DNA of 64,000 nt. It comes from a virus. Where the stretch lies: the IMG/VR virus record IMGVR_UViG_3300037264_003623, positions 45,084 through 109,083 of that record. One strand, written 5' to 3'. A program made the position numbers and the translations under genes. The notes under the pieces were generated by a model, which was given only the letters and a program-made list of their open reading frames with translations, was not told where the DNA came from and did not search any database. Shown here one piece after another: positions 51,497 through 61,250 of the stretch; positions within the stretch are counted from its first letter, which is position 1, and the number at the start of each line of letters is the position of its first letter.

Positions 51497-51742
51497 ATGC
51501 CTGTTGGCGGCGGCGATCCGAAGGTCATCGGGGACGGGAATGTCGTGAAGATCCGTCCCGAGTTCACCCGGGGCAACTGCGACGTGTGGGACCTGCGCGA
51601 CGTGGTCGTGGCCCTGCTCGAAGAGCGCGAGGATCTCCGGACGGCCCTCGCGGGAGCGGCGACCTACGCCGACTTCCAGATCGCCGTCGCGGCGCTGCCC
51701 CGCTGGGTGCAGATCATCGACTCCCTCAACAACAACCCGTAG
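51497..51742 (+). CDS. hypothetical virion-region protein
   Basis: RBS AGGAGG. Confidence 0.65.
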   Translation: MPVGGGDPKVIGDGNVVKIRPEFTRGNCDVWDLRDVVVALLEEREDLRTALAGAATYADFQIAVAALPRWVQIIDSLNNNP

Positions 51743-51766
51743 CGGGGGCGCGGGGGGGAGGTCGAG

Positions 51767-52234
51767 ATGGAGCCGAAGCAGCCTGTTGTTCTGCCGGTGG
51801 TCCAGCTTGGCCTTCCTCCCTATCCCGCGATCCGCGCCGTGCTCCAAGTGCGACGGGTGGTCGCGGCGACTCTGCATCGGCAATCTGGCGAGGGGAGCAT
51901 GTCCTCACTCGGGACAGTCCGGCAGGGGGATGTCGGTACCGTCTTCGAGATCACGATCATCGACGAGGATGGTGCGGTGGACATCAGCAACTCGGCCATC
52001 CGGGAGATACTTTTCGGCCGACCCGTGGCGGGGTGGTTCTCCCGCCATGCTGAGTTCACCACCGACGGTCAGGACGGAAAGATCAGGTACAAGTCCCAGC
52101 CTGGCGATCTCGACGTTCCGGGGGATTGGCGGCTTCAGGGGAAGGTCGCCCTCCCCACTTTCGTTGACGAGTTCCACACCGAGATGGCGAGGTTCACGGT
52201 GGAACCCATCGTCGAGGAGATGAATCATGCCTAA
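51767..52234 (+). CDS. BppU N-terminal-like domain protein
   Basis: QGDVGTVFEITI..VDIS..DGKIRY..GDLDVPG.W; start may be 51899. Confidence 0.6.
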   Translation: MEPKQPVVLPVVQLGLPPYPAIRAVLQVRRVVAATLHRQSGEGSMSSLGTVRQGDVGTVFEITIIDEDGAVDISNSAIREILFGRPVAGWFSRHAEFTTDGQDGKIRYKSQPGDLDVPGDWRLQGKVALPTFVDEFHTEMARFTVEPIVEEMNHA

Positions 52235-52637
52235 GTGGGGACCGAACCTCGACGAGGACTTCATCGTGGACGCGGGGAGCCCCCTCACCGCCGACTTCGC
52301 GGACAACTCCAGGGTCGGTCGCCTTGCGGGGGGTTCCGGCGTCGGCCAGATGTTCCTCTACGTGGACTACACGAAGGGGGACGAGACGGAGATGGATGTG
52401 GATGTCCGGTTCTCATCGGCTGAGGACGCCCCGCCGGGCGAGACGTTCTTCACGGAGGTCATCTCCAGCGACGTGGGTGCGCTTGGCGTCTTCCGCTACA
52501 GGCTCATCGCCACGGAGAACTATCGCATCCCGATCCAGTTCGGACGAAGCGAAGACTACGCTCAAGTATCGGTCAGGGGAACCGGGGGCGCGGGTCCGTT
52601 CACAGGAACAGCGAACCTCTTTTTCGGGATCGGATAG
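52227..52637 (+). CDS. putative virion protein
   Basis: RBS AGGAG; beta-rich. Confidence 0.6.
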   Translation: MPKWGPNLDEDFIVDAGSPLTADFADNSRVGRLAGGSGVGQMFLYVDYTKGDETEMDVDVRFSSAEDAPPGETFFTEVISSDVGALGVFRYRLIATENYRIPIQFGRSEDYAQVSVRGTGGAGPFTGTANLFFGIG

Positions 52638-53552
52638 ATGGGCAGAAAAAGCCTTGACGCGAACCGAGGCGACTTCGCCCCGAGGCCCTTCGGGGCCAGG
52701 ATCGCTGTGGGTAGTGGGATTCCAGCCGCCCACGCCCCCGTGCATGAGTCCGGGGGAATCGATCCCCTTGACCTCGGGAGCATCGTGGGCGAGATCACTG
52801 ACGCCCAGCATGGGGATCGAGCAGGGGGAACTCTGCATGACCTCGTCACGCCCGATCCGGCTGGTGTGGCGGGTTTCATGGACCCCGCCGACAAGGCGAA
52901 GCTGGATGGCTTTCCTTCGAGCGTGCCTCCGACCACGCGCCAGATCATCGCGGGAGCGGGGCTCACGGGCGGAGGGGACCTGAGTGCCGACCGTACCTTG
53001 AATGCGGCGGCGAACGCGGATGGCTCTATCGTCGTGAACGCCGACGATATTCAGGTCGGGGTGCTCGCCACGGATGCTCAGCATGGTGTCAGGGGTGGGG
53101 GAACACAGCACGCGGTTGCGACGGTGCTCCTGGCCGGGTTCATATCGGCGGCAGACAAGGGGAAGCTGGACAGCATCCTGGGAACCGGGAAGACCTTCGA
53201 CTACCAGTTCGGCAGGAACACCATCATCCCCGGCGGGGGATCCCTCCAGCTTTTCGGTCCGGGTCCGACGCAGACGGCCCTCCGGCTCCTCCGGGCGGGC
53301 ATCCTCACCGCCGCCTCGATCCAGGTGGGGGTGGTGGATGCCACGCGGACCTACAATCTTGATGTCCGAGTCAACGGCATCTTGGTCCAGACCGTCCCGC
53401 TCGCCATCAGCACACTTGGGAACCAGGTCGTGTTCGCTGTCCCGACCATCGTTGCCGCGGGGGATCTTGTAACGGTGTTCATGGTCAGGACCGGGGGGGT
53501 AGGGGCCTCGACCTTCTCTGACATGCAGGCGGTCGTCGAGGTGATTAGCTGA
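52638..53552 (+). CDS. fibre-like virion protein
   Basis: Two TDAQHG.R.GG..H...AGF...DK.KLD repeats; AGAGLTGGGDLSADRTL. Confidence 0.7.
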   Translation: MGRKSLDANRGDFAPRPFGARIAVGSGIPAAHAPVHESGGIDPLDLGSIVGEITDAQHGDRAGGTLHDLVTPDPAGVAGFMDPADKAKLDGFPSSVPPTTRQIIAGAGLTGGGDLSADRTLNAAANADGSIVVNADDIQVGVLATDAQHGVRGGGTQHAVATVLLAGFISAADKGKLDSILGTGKTFDYQFGRNTIIPGGGSLQLFGPGPTQTALRLLRAGILTAASIQVGVVDATRTYNLDVRVNGILVQTVPLAISTLGNQVVFAVPTIVAAGDLVTVFMVRTGGVGASTFSDMQAVVEVIS

Positions 53553-54316
53553 TGATGTACTTGAAGCTCAGGTACATGGGGACGGGGCAGTACCCTCTTG
53601 TGGATGTGGGGGTCTTCATCGACCCCGATCCCGGATCGGACTTTCCCGATGTGGCGCTCATGCGTCAGCTCGCGGAGTCGGCGGCGCTCCGGGCGCTCGT
53701 TCTGGCCGGGACCGTGGAAGTTGACGCGGGGGCGGGGTGGCTGACGGCGGCAAACGGGCTGAAGCATCTGGAACTGATTCACCTGATGGCGGGAAACGAC
53801 ACAGCCCCGCAGTTCACGCACATCGAGGGGCAGATCACCGACTACCAACACGGGGCTCGCGGGGCCGGTACGTTGCATCCCGATGCTACCCCGAGCGTTG
53901 CCGGTTTCATGAGTCCGACCGACAAGGGGAAGCTGGATGGGATTGGGAACGGGGGGATGCCGCGCACCGTCTTCACCTTCGGCGACCAGTCCGGGTCGGG
54001 GATCACCAAGACGGGGACGGGGTATGCCGCGAGGCGCTACTTCCGCTTCCCAGGGACTACTGCCATCGGCAGGACGACCGGGTTCTCCTGCTACATCATC
54101 GCTTTCAGGACATCCGGGACAAACTCCTGCTCGGTCAGGCTCTACAACGAGACGAACGGGCAGGTGATCGCGGAGCAGACCGGGATCGTTGCCGTCACGC
54201 GCACGATCTACACGCCGACAGTGTCGAACCTCCCGGCTGGGCAGGCTCTTTTCAGGATTGACCTGGATGGCGGCTCTGGATCAGCCGTGAACTGCGACCA
54301 CTTGGAGATCAATTAG
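53552..54316 (+). CDS. fibre-like virion protein
   Basis: TDYQHGARGAGTLH..AGFMSPTDKGKLDGI. Confidence 0.7.
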   Translation: MMYLKLRYMGTGQYPLVDVGVFIDPDPGSDFPDVALMRQLAESAALRALVLAGTVEVDAGAGWLTAANGLKHLELIHLMAGNDTAPQFTHIEGQITDYQHGARGAGTLHPDATPSVAGFMSPTDKGKLDGIGNGGMPRTVFTFGDQSGSGITKTGTGYAARRYFRFPGTTAIGRTTGFSCYIIAFRTSGTNSCSVRLYNETNGQVIAEQTGIVAVTRTIYTPTVSNLPAGQALFRIDLDGGSGSAVNCDHLEIN

Positions 54317-55135
54317 ATGGCCTCGACCTACAACAAGTACGCCTTGTGGTGTGATACCTGCGGGGCCACGCGGTACACGGACTACCGCAATGAGGAGGAA
54401 GGGGAGCCCACGGTCTGCCCCTTCAACGCCGCGCATACGAACATTCGGGACATCACCATCGTGGACACGTTCTCCACCGACCCCATGTCCGTCAAGATCG
54501 AGGACACGGAGGACATTGATCCCGCCAAGGCCAGGTCGAAAGTCAAGGGGGTCAACTTCGACGCCGTGCCCCAGGCTTGGACTAAGCACGGCGTTTCTTT
54601 CCCCTACAAGACAAACATCCTCTGCGGGAAGGGGTACGGTGGCTTCTGCGAAGACGGCGACAAGGTGGAGTTCTCCGTCGAGCCCCAGCAGATTGGTGCG
54701 GTCATGGCTCCCGCCGCCCAGGGCGCGACCGTGATCAACGCATTCCTTCCGCCTGAGGCGTGGGCCGTTCTTCTCCGGGGCATGTGGCTTCAGTTCGCCA
54801 GGAACCCCGGCCAGAACCCGGTGCCCGACTCCCAGCACCCCGGTGATGACGAGTACGAGATCGGGGACTTCGACGAGGTGGCGGAGACGATCACTCTCCG
54901 GACGGGGCTGGCGACGGCCCTCGCCGGAGGGGATGCCGTGTTCATGGTCGTGAAGTACGGCGAGGAGATTGAGCTCCAGAACAAGGAACTGGTGGACGTT
55001 GGGGCCGACGCCGCCGGTTCCGCCTCGCTCCCCGCGAACACGGTCTTCAACGTCTGGTACTACAACGCAGGAACGGCCCAGAAGAGGGTGCGGTTCCGCC
55101 TCTCCTTCAAGTACGGTCCCCCGAAGTCCCCGTAG
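54317..55135 (+). CDS. putative virion protein
   Basis: CDTC..CPFNAAH N-terminus, beta-rich. Confidence 0.6.
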   Translation: MASTYNKYALWCDTCGATRYTDYRNEEEGEPTVCPFNAAHTNIRDITIVDTFSTDPMSVKIEDTEDIDPAKARSKVKGVNFDAVPQAWTKHGVSFPYKTNILCGKGYGGFCEDGDKVEFSVEPQQIGAVMAPAAQGATVINAFLPPEAWAVLLRGMWLQFARNPGQNPVPDSQHPGDDEYEIGDFDEVAETITLRTGLATALAGGDAVFMVVKYGEEIELQNKELVDVGADAAGSASLPANTVFNVWYYNAGTAQKRVRFRLSFKYGPPKSP

Positions 55136-55296
55136 GAGTATGTTCCCAACGAATCCACCCAGGGGGTAGAATGAGGCAAGACCCGGAGGATCTATGGCCG
55201 CGAACGAGGGGACGATGAGAATGACGCGGGAGGACATCCTTCGGGAGCTCCATCGGATTCACCGTCTCTTCAACGCATGGGTGGAGATGAACGGAA

Positions 55297-55863
55297 ATGG
55301 GAACGGACGACATCCTGAAGCAGATCTTGGAGGCGTTGAAGCGGCTGGAGCGGGGCCTTCCCCCGGACGAGCCCCCTCGCTCTGCTTCTTCACGACCACC
55401 GGACCCAAGGGCGACAGAGCAATTCCCAAGGGTGGAGCTGGCGATCAAGGACGCAATCGAGAAACACTCGGACAAGTGCCTCGGGGCGACGAAAGAAAGG
55501 ATTACAGAGAAGACTGATCCCCTGGAGGTCAGGATTGAGAAGCTGGAGACCGACCTGAAGGACGCGCTCAAGGACTTGAAGGGGCGCATTCTTACGGCCA
55601 AGGAAGACGCGGCGAAAACGGCTGCGGGGCCGGTGATTTCGTTGGAGGAGAAGGTCAGGCTCGTCATGGAAAGCCTGAAAGGAGTTCAGGGCGAGCCGGG
55701 CCTGGAGGAGATGGTCAGAGACTTGGGGCAATGGGTGGAAACCGAGGAGCAGACCAGGCGGGATGTTGCGGAGAAGTCCAAGTTCAACCTGACGACCTTC
55801 CTTGAGATCATCGGCATCCTGACGGGAATTGGTCTCGGACTTGCAGGCATTTTCTTGAAGTAG
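55297..55863 (+). CDS. coiled-coil protein with C-terminal transmembrane helix
   Basis: Heptads; FLEIIGILTGIGLGLAGIFLK. Confidence 0.65.
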   Translation: MGTDDILKQILEALKRLERGLPPDEPPRSASSRPPDPRATEQFPRVELAIKDAIEKHSDKCLGATKERITEKTDPLEVRIEKLETDLKDALKDLKGRILTAKEDAAKTAAGPVISLEEKVRLVMESLKGVQGEPGLEEMVRDLGQWVETEEQTRRDVAEKSKFNLTTFLEIIGILTGIGLGLAGIFLK

Positions 55864-55870
55864 GTGAAGC

Positions 55871-56500
55871 ATGGCTGGAGTGGATCCCGCTTTTGTCGGC
55901 AGCGTCTTCAACAGCTTGCCCCTCGACCGAATGATCACCATCCCGCTCATGGCGATGGTGCAGGCCCAGGTCCAGGCGAGCAAGGCCTACGTGGACTTCC
56001 TCCTGGCCGTCTGCATCAAGGACGGGAAGGCCATCGCGGTCCAGTTCGACTACGACGAGACCCTGACGGACTCCGAGGGGAATATCACTGGTGTCATGAA
56101 GCGGACGATCCGGGTCCCGCTCATGGCCGCGGTGGTCCACCCCTGCATCTGCATCGAGGAAGGCACCATCGACTTCGAGTTGACGGTCTCCCAGGCGGAG
56201 GAGGAGAAGACGGCGACGGAGGGGGCCGCGACCTTGGAGGCCAGCATCGGCTGGGGGCCGTTCAAGGTGAGCGTCCACGGGTCGCTCTCCCACAAGAGCG
56301 AACAGACCAGGAAGACCGATACGAGGGCGAAGTACAGCATCCACATCACGGCCAAGCGGCAACCCGCGCCGGAGGGTCTCCAGAGGATCATCGACCATCT
56401 GGTTGACGCGGCCACGAGGCCGGGGACCCTGCCCGCGAACGCGGAGCCCCATAAGCCCGAAACCCTTGTGAACGAGATTCCACCACCGAAGCAACCTTGA
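55871..56500 (+). CDS. DUF2589 family protein
   Basis: LPLDRMI..PL.A...AQ, VPLMAAV..P...I....IDF, TDTRAKY, PEGLQRIID. Confidence 0.8.
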   Translation: MAGVDPAFVGSVFNSLPLDRMITIPLMAMVQAQVQASKAYVDFLLAVCIKDGKAIAVQFDYDETLTDSEGNITGVMKRTIRVPLMAAVVHPCICIEEGTIDFELTVSQAEEEKTATEGAATLEASIGWGPFKVSVHGSLSHKSEQTRKTDTRAKYSIHITAKRQPAPEGLQRIIDHLVDAATRPGTLPANAEPHKPETLVNEIPPPKQP

Positions 56501-56658
56501 CTCCCGGGGTGGGTATGGATCCCGGCAGTAATCCGAGATGCAGGGATTGCGGAAAAGAGTTGCTGCCGGGGGAGGCACGGTATCTGGCAAATGGCGAGGG
56601 GCGCGGGGGTCCTTTTTGCGTAAAATGCCACGATAAGAGAAAGAAGAAAGTGTGAACC

Positions 56659-57177
56659 TTGGGCTGGTTGAAGGAATGGTGGGAAGGCAAGCCGGTCAGC
56701 AAGCATGCCTTGACCGACATCACGCGGGGGATGCAGCACGCCGCGAGCACCACGACGGCGATGCTTGGCGAGCAGTTCCTTCATCTCATCAACCAGTACT
56801 TCGACAAGGAGAAGGACGGCACCCTCCGGGCGAAGATGGTCCGGGTTGAGCTCAGCCCGGGCAACATGGTCAACGTCCCCCTGATTTCCCTCGTCCAGCC
56901 CAGCGCCATCGTCCTCAAGAAGCTTCGGATTCGGATGTCGATCCGCATTGAGGAGGCGGAGATCAAGGCTGCCCAGAAGGAGCTGATGGGCAACTCTGAG
57001 GCGACCAGGCTCTCGTTCAAGGTGAGCATGTCCCCCAGGACTGGCATCCTCGGGCGCAGGTCGGACGTGACGGACATCGAGATGGTCTTCGAGGGGACGG
57101 ACGCCCCCGAGGGGATCATGCGGCTGATCGAGCAGCACACGAACCAGATCGAGCCCCGCAAGGAGGAGAAGAAGTGA
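56659..57177 (+). CDS. DUF2589 family protein (second type)
   Basis: ITRGMQHAA, VPLISLV.P, PEGIMRLIE. Confidence 0.75.
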   Translation: MGWLKEWWEGKPVSKHALTDITRGMQHAASTTTAMLGEQFLHLINQYFDKEKDGTLRAKMVRVELSPGNMVNVPLISLVQPSAIVLKKLRIRMSIRIEEAEIKAAQKELMGNSEATRLSFKVSMSPRTGILGRRSDVTDIEMVFEGTDAPEGIMRLIEQHTNQIEPRKEEKK

Positions 57178-57761
57178 AAATCCGACTCGTGTTCGCCAGG
57201 AAGGATGACTCGATCATCTCCAGGGCGATCTGCTGGTTCAGCCAGCGGAAGAGTGAGCCCGAGCGGAGATGCTCCCATGTCATGGTGAAGTTCCAGCCGG
57301 GAGGGGTCTACGAGCAGGATTGGGCCTGTTTCGAGGCGATGGAACGGGGGGTGTGGGCGAGCCCCTACGACGTGGCCCTGGGGAAACAAACCGTGGTGGC
57401 GGAGTTCGAGGCCGTGGTCTCGGACGAGGCCGCCTACAAGACCATGAGGGTCGCCCTCAACCGCTACCTGTCGTGGTACTACGATTTCTACGGGATCGGG
57501 CTCTGGGCCATCTGGATCCTGGCGAAGAAGTGGTTCTGGACACCTCTTCATTGGCTGGGGGTCACCTTCCGTCCAGGGAAGGCGCACAAGGCCCTGTTCT
57601 GCTCCGGGCTCGCTCTCCAGGTGGTGCAGATCATGGAGCAGATGGACCCGTTCGCGGACCTCGGGATGAAGGACTTGACGGCCAGAACGTCCACCCCTCA
57701 GAACGAGATCGACATCTGCTTCGACCATACGAAGGGATGGAAGAAGATCGGGGAACCTTGA
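57174..57761 (+). CDS. permuted papain-like amidase (YiiX/YebB-like)
   Basis: SHV..FEA..YDF..LFCSGL. Confidence 0.7.
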   Translation: MKIRLVFARKDDSIISRAICWFSQRKSEPERRCSHVMVKFQPGGVYEQDWACFEAMERGVWASPYDVALGKQTVVAEFEAVVSDEAAYKTMRVALNRYLSWYYDFYGIGLWAIWILAKKWFWTPLHWLGVTFRPGKAHKALFCSGLALQVVQIMEQMDPFADLGMKDLTARTSTPQNEIDICFDHTKGWKKIGEP

Positions 57762-57786
57762 CGCAAGCCCCGATGGGGGATACGTT
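57758..57786 (+). promoter_or_regulatory. candidate promoter upstream of the portal operon
   Basis: TTGACG-17-TACGTT. Confidence 0.45.
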
Positions 57787-57811
57787 AGGATTGTCTTTTG
57801 GGGAGTAGCCG

Positions 57812-58165
57812 ATGGGAGCTTCCGAAGGAACCTACCAGCCGGAACGCGGCTACAAGAATGGGGCGGGGGATTTCATTCTCGAAGCCGGGGCGCGATATCA
57901 CCCTTTCCGCCTCACCACGGTCCTCTGGCAGCGCAAGAACGTCAACGCCGTGGACATCCATCTGGAGATGCTCGACGGCGACAAGGTGTTCACCATCGAC
58001 GAGTATCTCACCTGCACGGACAAGCACTATTCCTGGCCGAACGAGGATAGCCCATGTCCTCTCGCTCTCGTGCCTTCGCAGAGGGTTAGGCTCCGAGTGA
58101 CCGGGGCCAATGCGACGGAGGAGCAGTCGGCGGTGGTCGTATGGGCGGAGCTGGGCGCGGTGTAG
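57812..58165 (+). CDS. putative virion protein
   Basis: RBS GGAG. Confidence 0.6.
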   Translation: MGASEGTYQPERGYKNGAGDFILEAGARYHPFRLTTVLWQRKNVNAVDIHLEMLDGDKVFTIDEYLTCTDKHYSWPNEDSPCPLALVPSQRVRLRVTGANATEEQSAVVVWAELGAV

Positions 58166-58184
58166 ACCCGGCTTGGGGGATTGC

Positions 58185-61100
58185 ATGGACGGCGACGGGA
58201 TCAGAGAAACGCTCGGGGAGGCGCTCATAGGCAAGGATGTTGGCCCCGATGCAATGGAGAACCTAGTGAAAGTTCTCCTGGTGGGCGGGGATGTCGAGGG
58301 GCAGAGTCCTCGGAAGAAGAAGAACAACGAGGAGCCGGAAGCGCCGCCCGCCACGAAACAGCTCGACGATTTTCAACAGATCGTCGGGGAGTTCGTCCCA
58401 CCCGCCTTCAACCCCGGTATATGGGCACAGACGCTCAAGGTCAACACTCGCCTCGCCAGGTGTATCCGGTCGTTCGCGAGGAACACCGTCGGCCTTGGGT
58501 GGAGCATCGAACCCATCCACCCGGTCACGGAGGAAATTCCGAAGCCGATCCGCGATCTCATCACGAAGCAGACCGAGGCGCTCCGGGAGTTCTTCAACCA
58601 CCCGAACCCGACGATACCGATGACCGAGATCTTCTACCTGGAGAAGGTGGATGAGGAGGCCACGGGCAACGGGTACATCGAGGTGGTGCGGAACAACTCG
58701 GGGAAGATCTCGAAGATGTTCCACGTCCCTTCCATCACAGTCCGGAGGAGGATCATCCGGGAGGAAGGGAAACCGGTGGTGTCGGGGTTCGTGCAGATCC
58801 GTGGGAGCCAGAAGAGATACTTCAAGGACTTTGGCGACAAGCGGGTGATGGATGCCTTCAATGGGAAGTACCATGACGGGAAGGAGCCGCTTTCGGCCGA
58901 TCATCGCGCCACCGAGATCCTCCATTTCCTGGTCTACGACCCGGGGAGCTCCTACTACGGGGCCCCGAGGTACATCCCGGCGGCGACCGCCATCGCGGGC
59001 AACCGTCAGGCCGCCATCCGCAACGTGAACTTCTTCGAGAATGACGCCGTCCCGCGCATGGCGCTCCTCATCTCCGGTGGGAAGCTCACCGGGGACTCCG
59101 TGCAGCAGATCGAGGACTTCGTTCGGGCCAAGGGCCGCGGCGTCGAGAACGCGCACAGGGTGATGATCGTCCAGGTGGAGCCGATCAAGGTCGGGTTCCA
59201 GCAGCAGAACAAGGTCATGGTGGACCTGAAGCCGCTGACCGTGGGCGTGACTGAGGACGCCAGCTTCTCCCAGTATCGGGAGGCGAACGACGAGGAGGTC
59301 CGCGAGATATTCGGGCTGGGCCAGATCTTCTTCAAGGCGGAGGGCGCGAACCGGGCGAACGCGCAGGTCTGTCTCGCGGGGCATGTCTCTATCCCCCTCC
59401 TCGATGGACGGGTTATCACGATGAGGGATCTCACCCGGGAATTCGCGGACGGGAGGAGGTTCGCCGTCTATTCCCTGGACCATGCGGGGAATGTCGTCTG
59501 CGGATGGGCTCACCATCCGAGGAAGACCAAAACCGACCAGACCTATGATGTCATTCTCGACTCGGGGCAGGCCGTCAGGGCCAACGCGAGTCATCCGTTC
59601 ATGCTCCGGGATGGGACGTATTGCCCCGTGGGCAACCTCAGGCCAGGGATGAGCCTGATGCCCTGGTATGTCCGGATGGGGTTCAAGAACGCCTTGAGCG
59701 TCGATGCGAGCACTTACGGATACTGGGAGATCTACAACCCTGCATCGGACAGATGGGATCTTGTGCATCGGAGGATCCTTGCGGGCGAGGGCGTGGACCT
59801 TCGCGGGATGTCGGTCCATCATCGAGACGGGAACCCGTTGAACAACGACTTGTCGAATCTGGACGCGCTAACGTGCTCGGAACATATCCGTCTGCACAAG
59901 GGCGGGAGGCGTGGTGAGTACTTCGGTTCGGATCACCCAGGGTTCAAGCACTTCGATTTCGATGAGGTGGTGAGGGTCGCGGCCACCTGCGGGGGTCGTC
60001 CGACGCTCCTGAGGCGACTGGAGATCGGCTCTTCGGCGCTCTACCGGGTCCTCAAGGAGCATGGACTGACCTATGAGGAGTTCCGATGGAAGCACATGGG
60101 GCCGAAGAATCGCCCTCCAGGGGGGAGGTCTCACACAAGGTTCCGGAAGGACGCGAGTTTTGAGCATCTCGCGGAGAAGGCACCGGGTTGCCGGTATCGG
60201 AGGGATTTGATCTCGGCCACGGGGTACTCCGCGAACCTCATCCTCCGTCTCATGAGGGAGCACGGGTACGACTACGCGAGATTCCGTGCGGAGTTCATGG
60301 GCATGAAAGCCCCCGTGATGAATCATCGTGTGGTGGCCGTGGTCCCCGCCGGGATCGAGGATGTGTTCGACCTCACGGTGGACCGGTATGAGAACTTCGC
60401 CGTGGCGGCGGGGGTGTTCGTCCACAATTCTCGCGAGATCACCAACGAGCAGGAGCTTGAGCCCGATCGCCTCTCGAAGGAGTACGTCATCAACCAGACC
60501 ATCGTGGAGGACATCCTCTTCCAGCAGATGGGCGTGACAGGCGATGAGTCTCCCGAGGAGGTCGAGGAGTTCCACAAGAACATCCACGTCCGGTTTCGGT
60601 TCGCCAGGCTTACGCTGACCGATCCGCTCGACGAGGCGCGGATGAACCAGATGTACGCCTCGCTCGGGGCAATCACCCCGAACGAACTCCGCGAGAGCCT
60701 CGGCAAGCCGCCGTTCCCGAAGGACTACTACTTCGCCGACAAGCCTTTGGCGATCGCGATGGCCGAGCTCACGGCAGGGCTCGCGCTTGCCATCGCCCAG
60801 AAGGACGAGGAGAAGATGCCGCAGGTCGCCGCCCCCGGTGCGCCTCCAGGGGTGGGGGTTCCAGGGGAAGAAGGCGTACCGCCGGAAGGGGTGCCTGCCG
60901 AGGAGGAACCTGAGGAAGAGGAAGCCCCGCCTGACGAGATGAATGGGCGGGAGCCGAAGGGCGTCGCTGGGATGCCTCCCATCCCTGGGGCACCGGGGGC
61001 GACACCGATCCCGGGGCTTCAGGTCATGCCGAAACCCGGTGGAGTCAAGAAGCCTTTGAGGAAACCCAGGCCCCCGAAACCAACACAGGGTATTGCATCT

Positions 61101-61250
61101 CTCCACGGGGTGCCGGTATCATCGAGGAAGACGATGGTTCCGAACCCACAGGCGTTCGGGATTCTTTCGGAGCTCATGAGCGACATCAGGAAGTTCGCCC
61201 TCGCGGGGGTGAGCTTTGCAAAGGGGGATGGAGATGGACAAGGTCGCTGA
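58185..61250 (+). CDS. portal protein with an intein
   Basis: DEEATGNGYIEVVRN, EILHF, YYGAP, FFENDAVP, ITPNELRE; upstream of protease and capsid. Confidence 0.9.
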   Translation: MDGDGIRETLGEALIGKDVGPDAMENLVKVLLVGGDVEGQSPRKKKNNEEPEAPPATKQLDDFQQIVGEFVPPAFNPGIWAQTLKVNTRLARCIRSFARNTVGLGWSIEPIHPVTEEIPKPIRDLITKQTEALREFFNHPNPTIPMTEIFYLEKVDEEATGNGYIEVVRNNSGKISKMFHVPSITVRRRIIREEGKPVVSGFVQIRGSQKRYFKDFGDKRVMDAFNGKYHDGKEPLSADHRATEILHFLVYDPGSSYYGAPRYIPAATAIAGNRQAAIRNVNFFENDAVPRMALLISGGKLTGDSVQQIEDFVRAKGRGVENAHRVMIVQVEPIKVGFQQQNKVMVDLKPLTVGVTEDASFSQYREANDEEVREIFGLGQIFFKAEGANRANAQVCLAGHVSIPLLDGRVITMRDLTREFADGRRFAVYSLDHAGNVVCGWAHHPRKTKTDQTYDVILDSGQAVRANASHPFMLRDGTYCPVGNLRPGMSLMPWYVRMGFKNALSVDASTYGYWEIYNPASDRWDLVHRRILAGEGVDLRGMSVHHRDGNPLNNDLSNLDALTCSEHIRLHKGGRRGEYFGSDHPGFKHFDFDEVVRVAATCGGRPTLLRRLEIGSSALYRVLKEHGLTYEEFRWKHMGPKNRPPGGRSHTRFRKDASFEHLAEKAPGCRYRRDLISATGYSANLILRLMREHGYDYARFRAEFMGMKAPVMNHRVVAVVPAGIEDVFDLTVDRYENFAVAAGVFVHNSREITNEQELEPDRLSKEYVINQTIVEDILFQQMGVTGDESPEEVEEFHKNIHVRFRFARLTLTDPLDEARMNQMYASLGAITPNELRESLGKPPFPKDYYFADKPLAIAMAELTAGLALAIAQKDEEKMPQVAAPGAPPGVGVPGEEGVPPEGVPAEEEPEEEEAPPDEMNGREPKGVAGMPPIPGAPGATPIPGLQVMPKPGGVKKPLRKPRPPKPTQGIASLHGVPVSSRKTMVPNPQAFGILSELMSDIRKFALAGVSFAKGDGDGQGR
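59370..60428 (+). mobile_element. intein in portal with HNH endonuclease
   Basis: V|CLAG..NASHPF..VHHRDGNPLNNDLSNL..FVHN|S. Confidence 0.9.

Noticed and set aside
12838-54316. Genome-wide TAG recoding
   Set aside because: Many clear genes end in TAG followed by RBS and new starts; TAGATG junctions at 12378, 52635 and 54314 fit translational coupling; no suppressor tRNA seen
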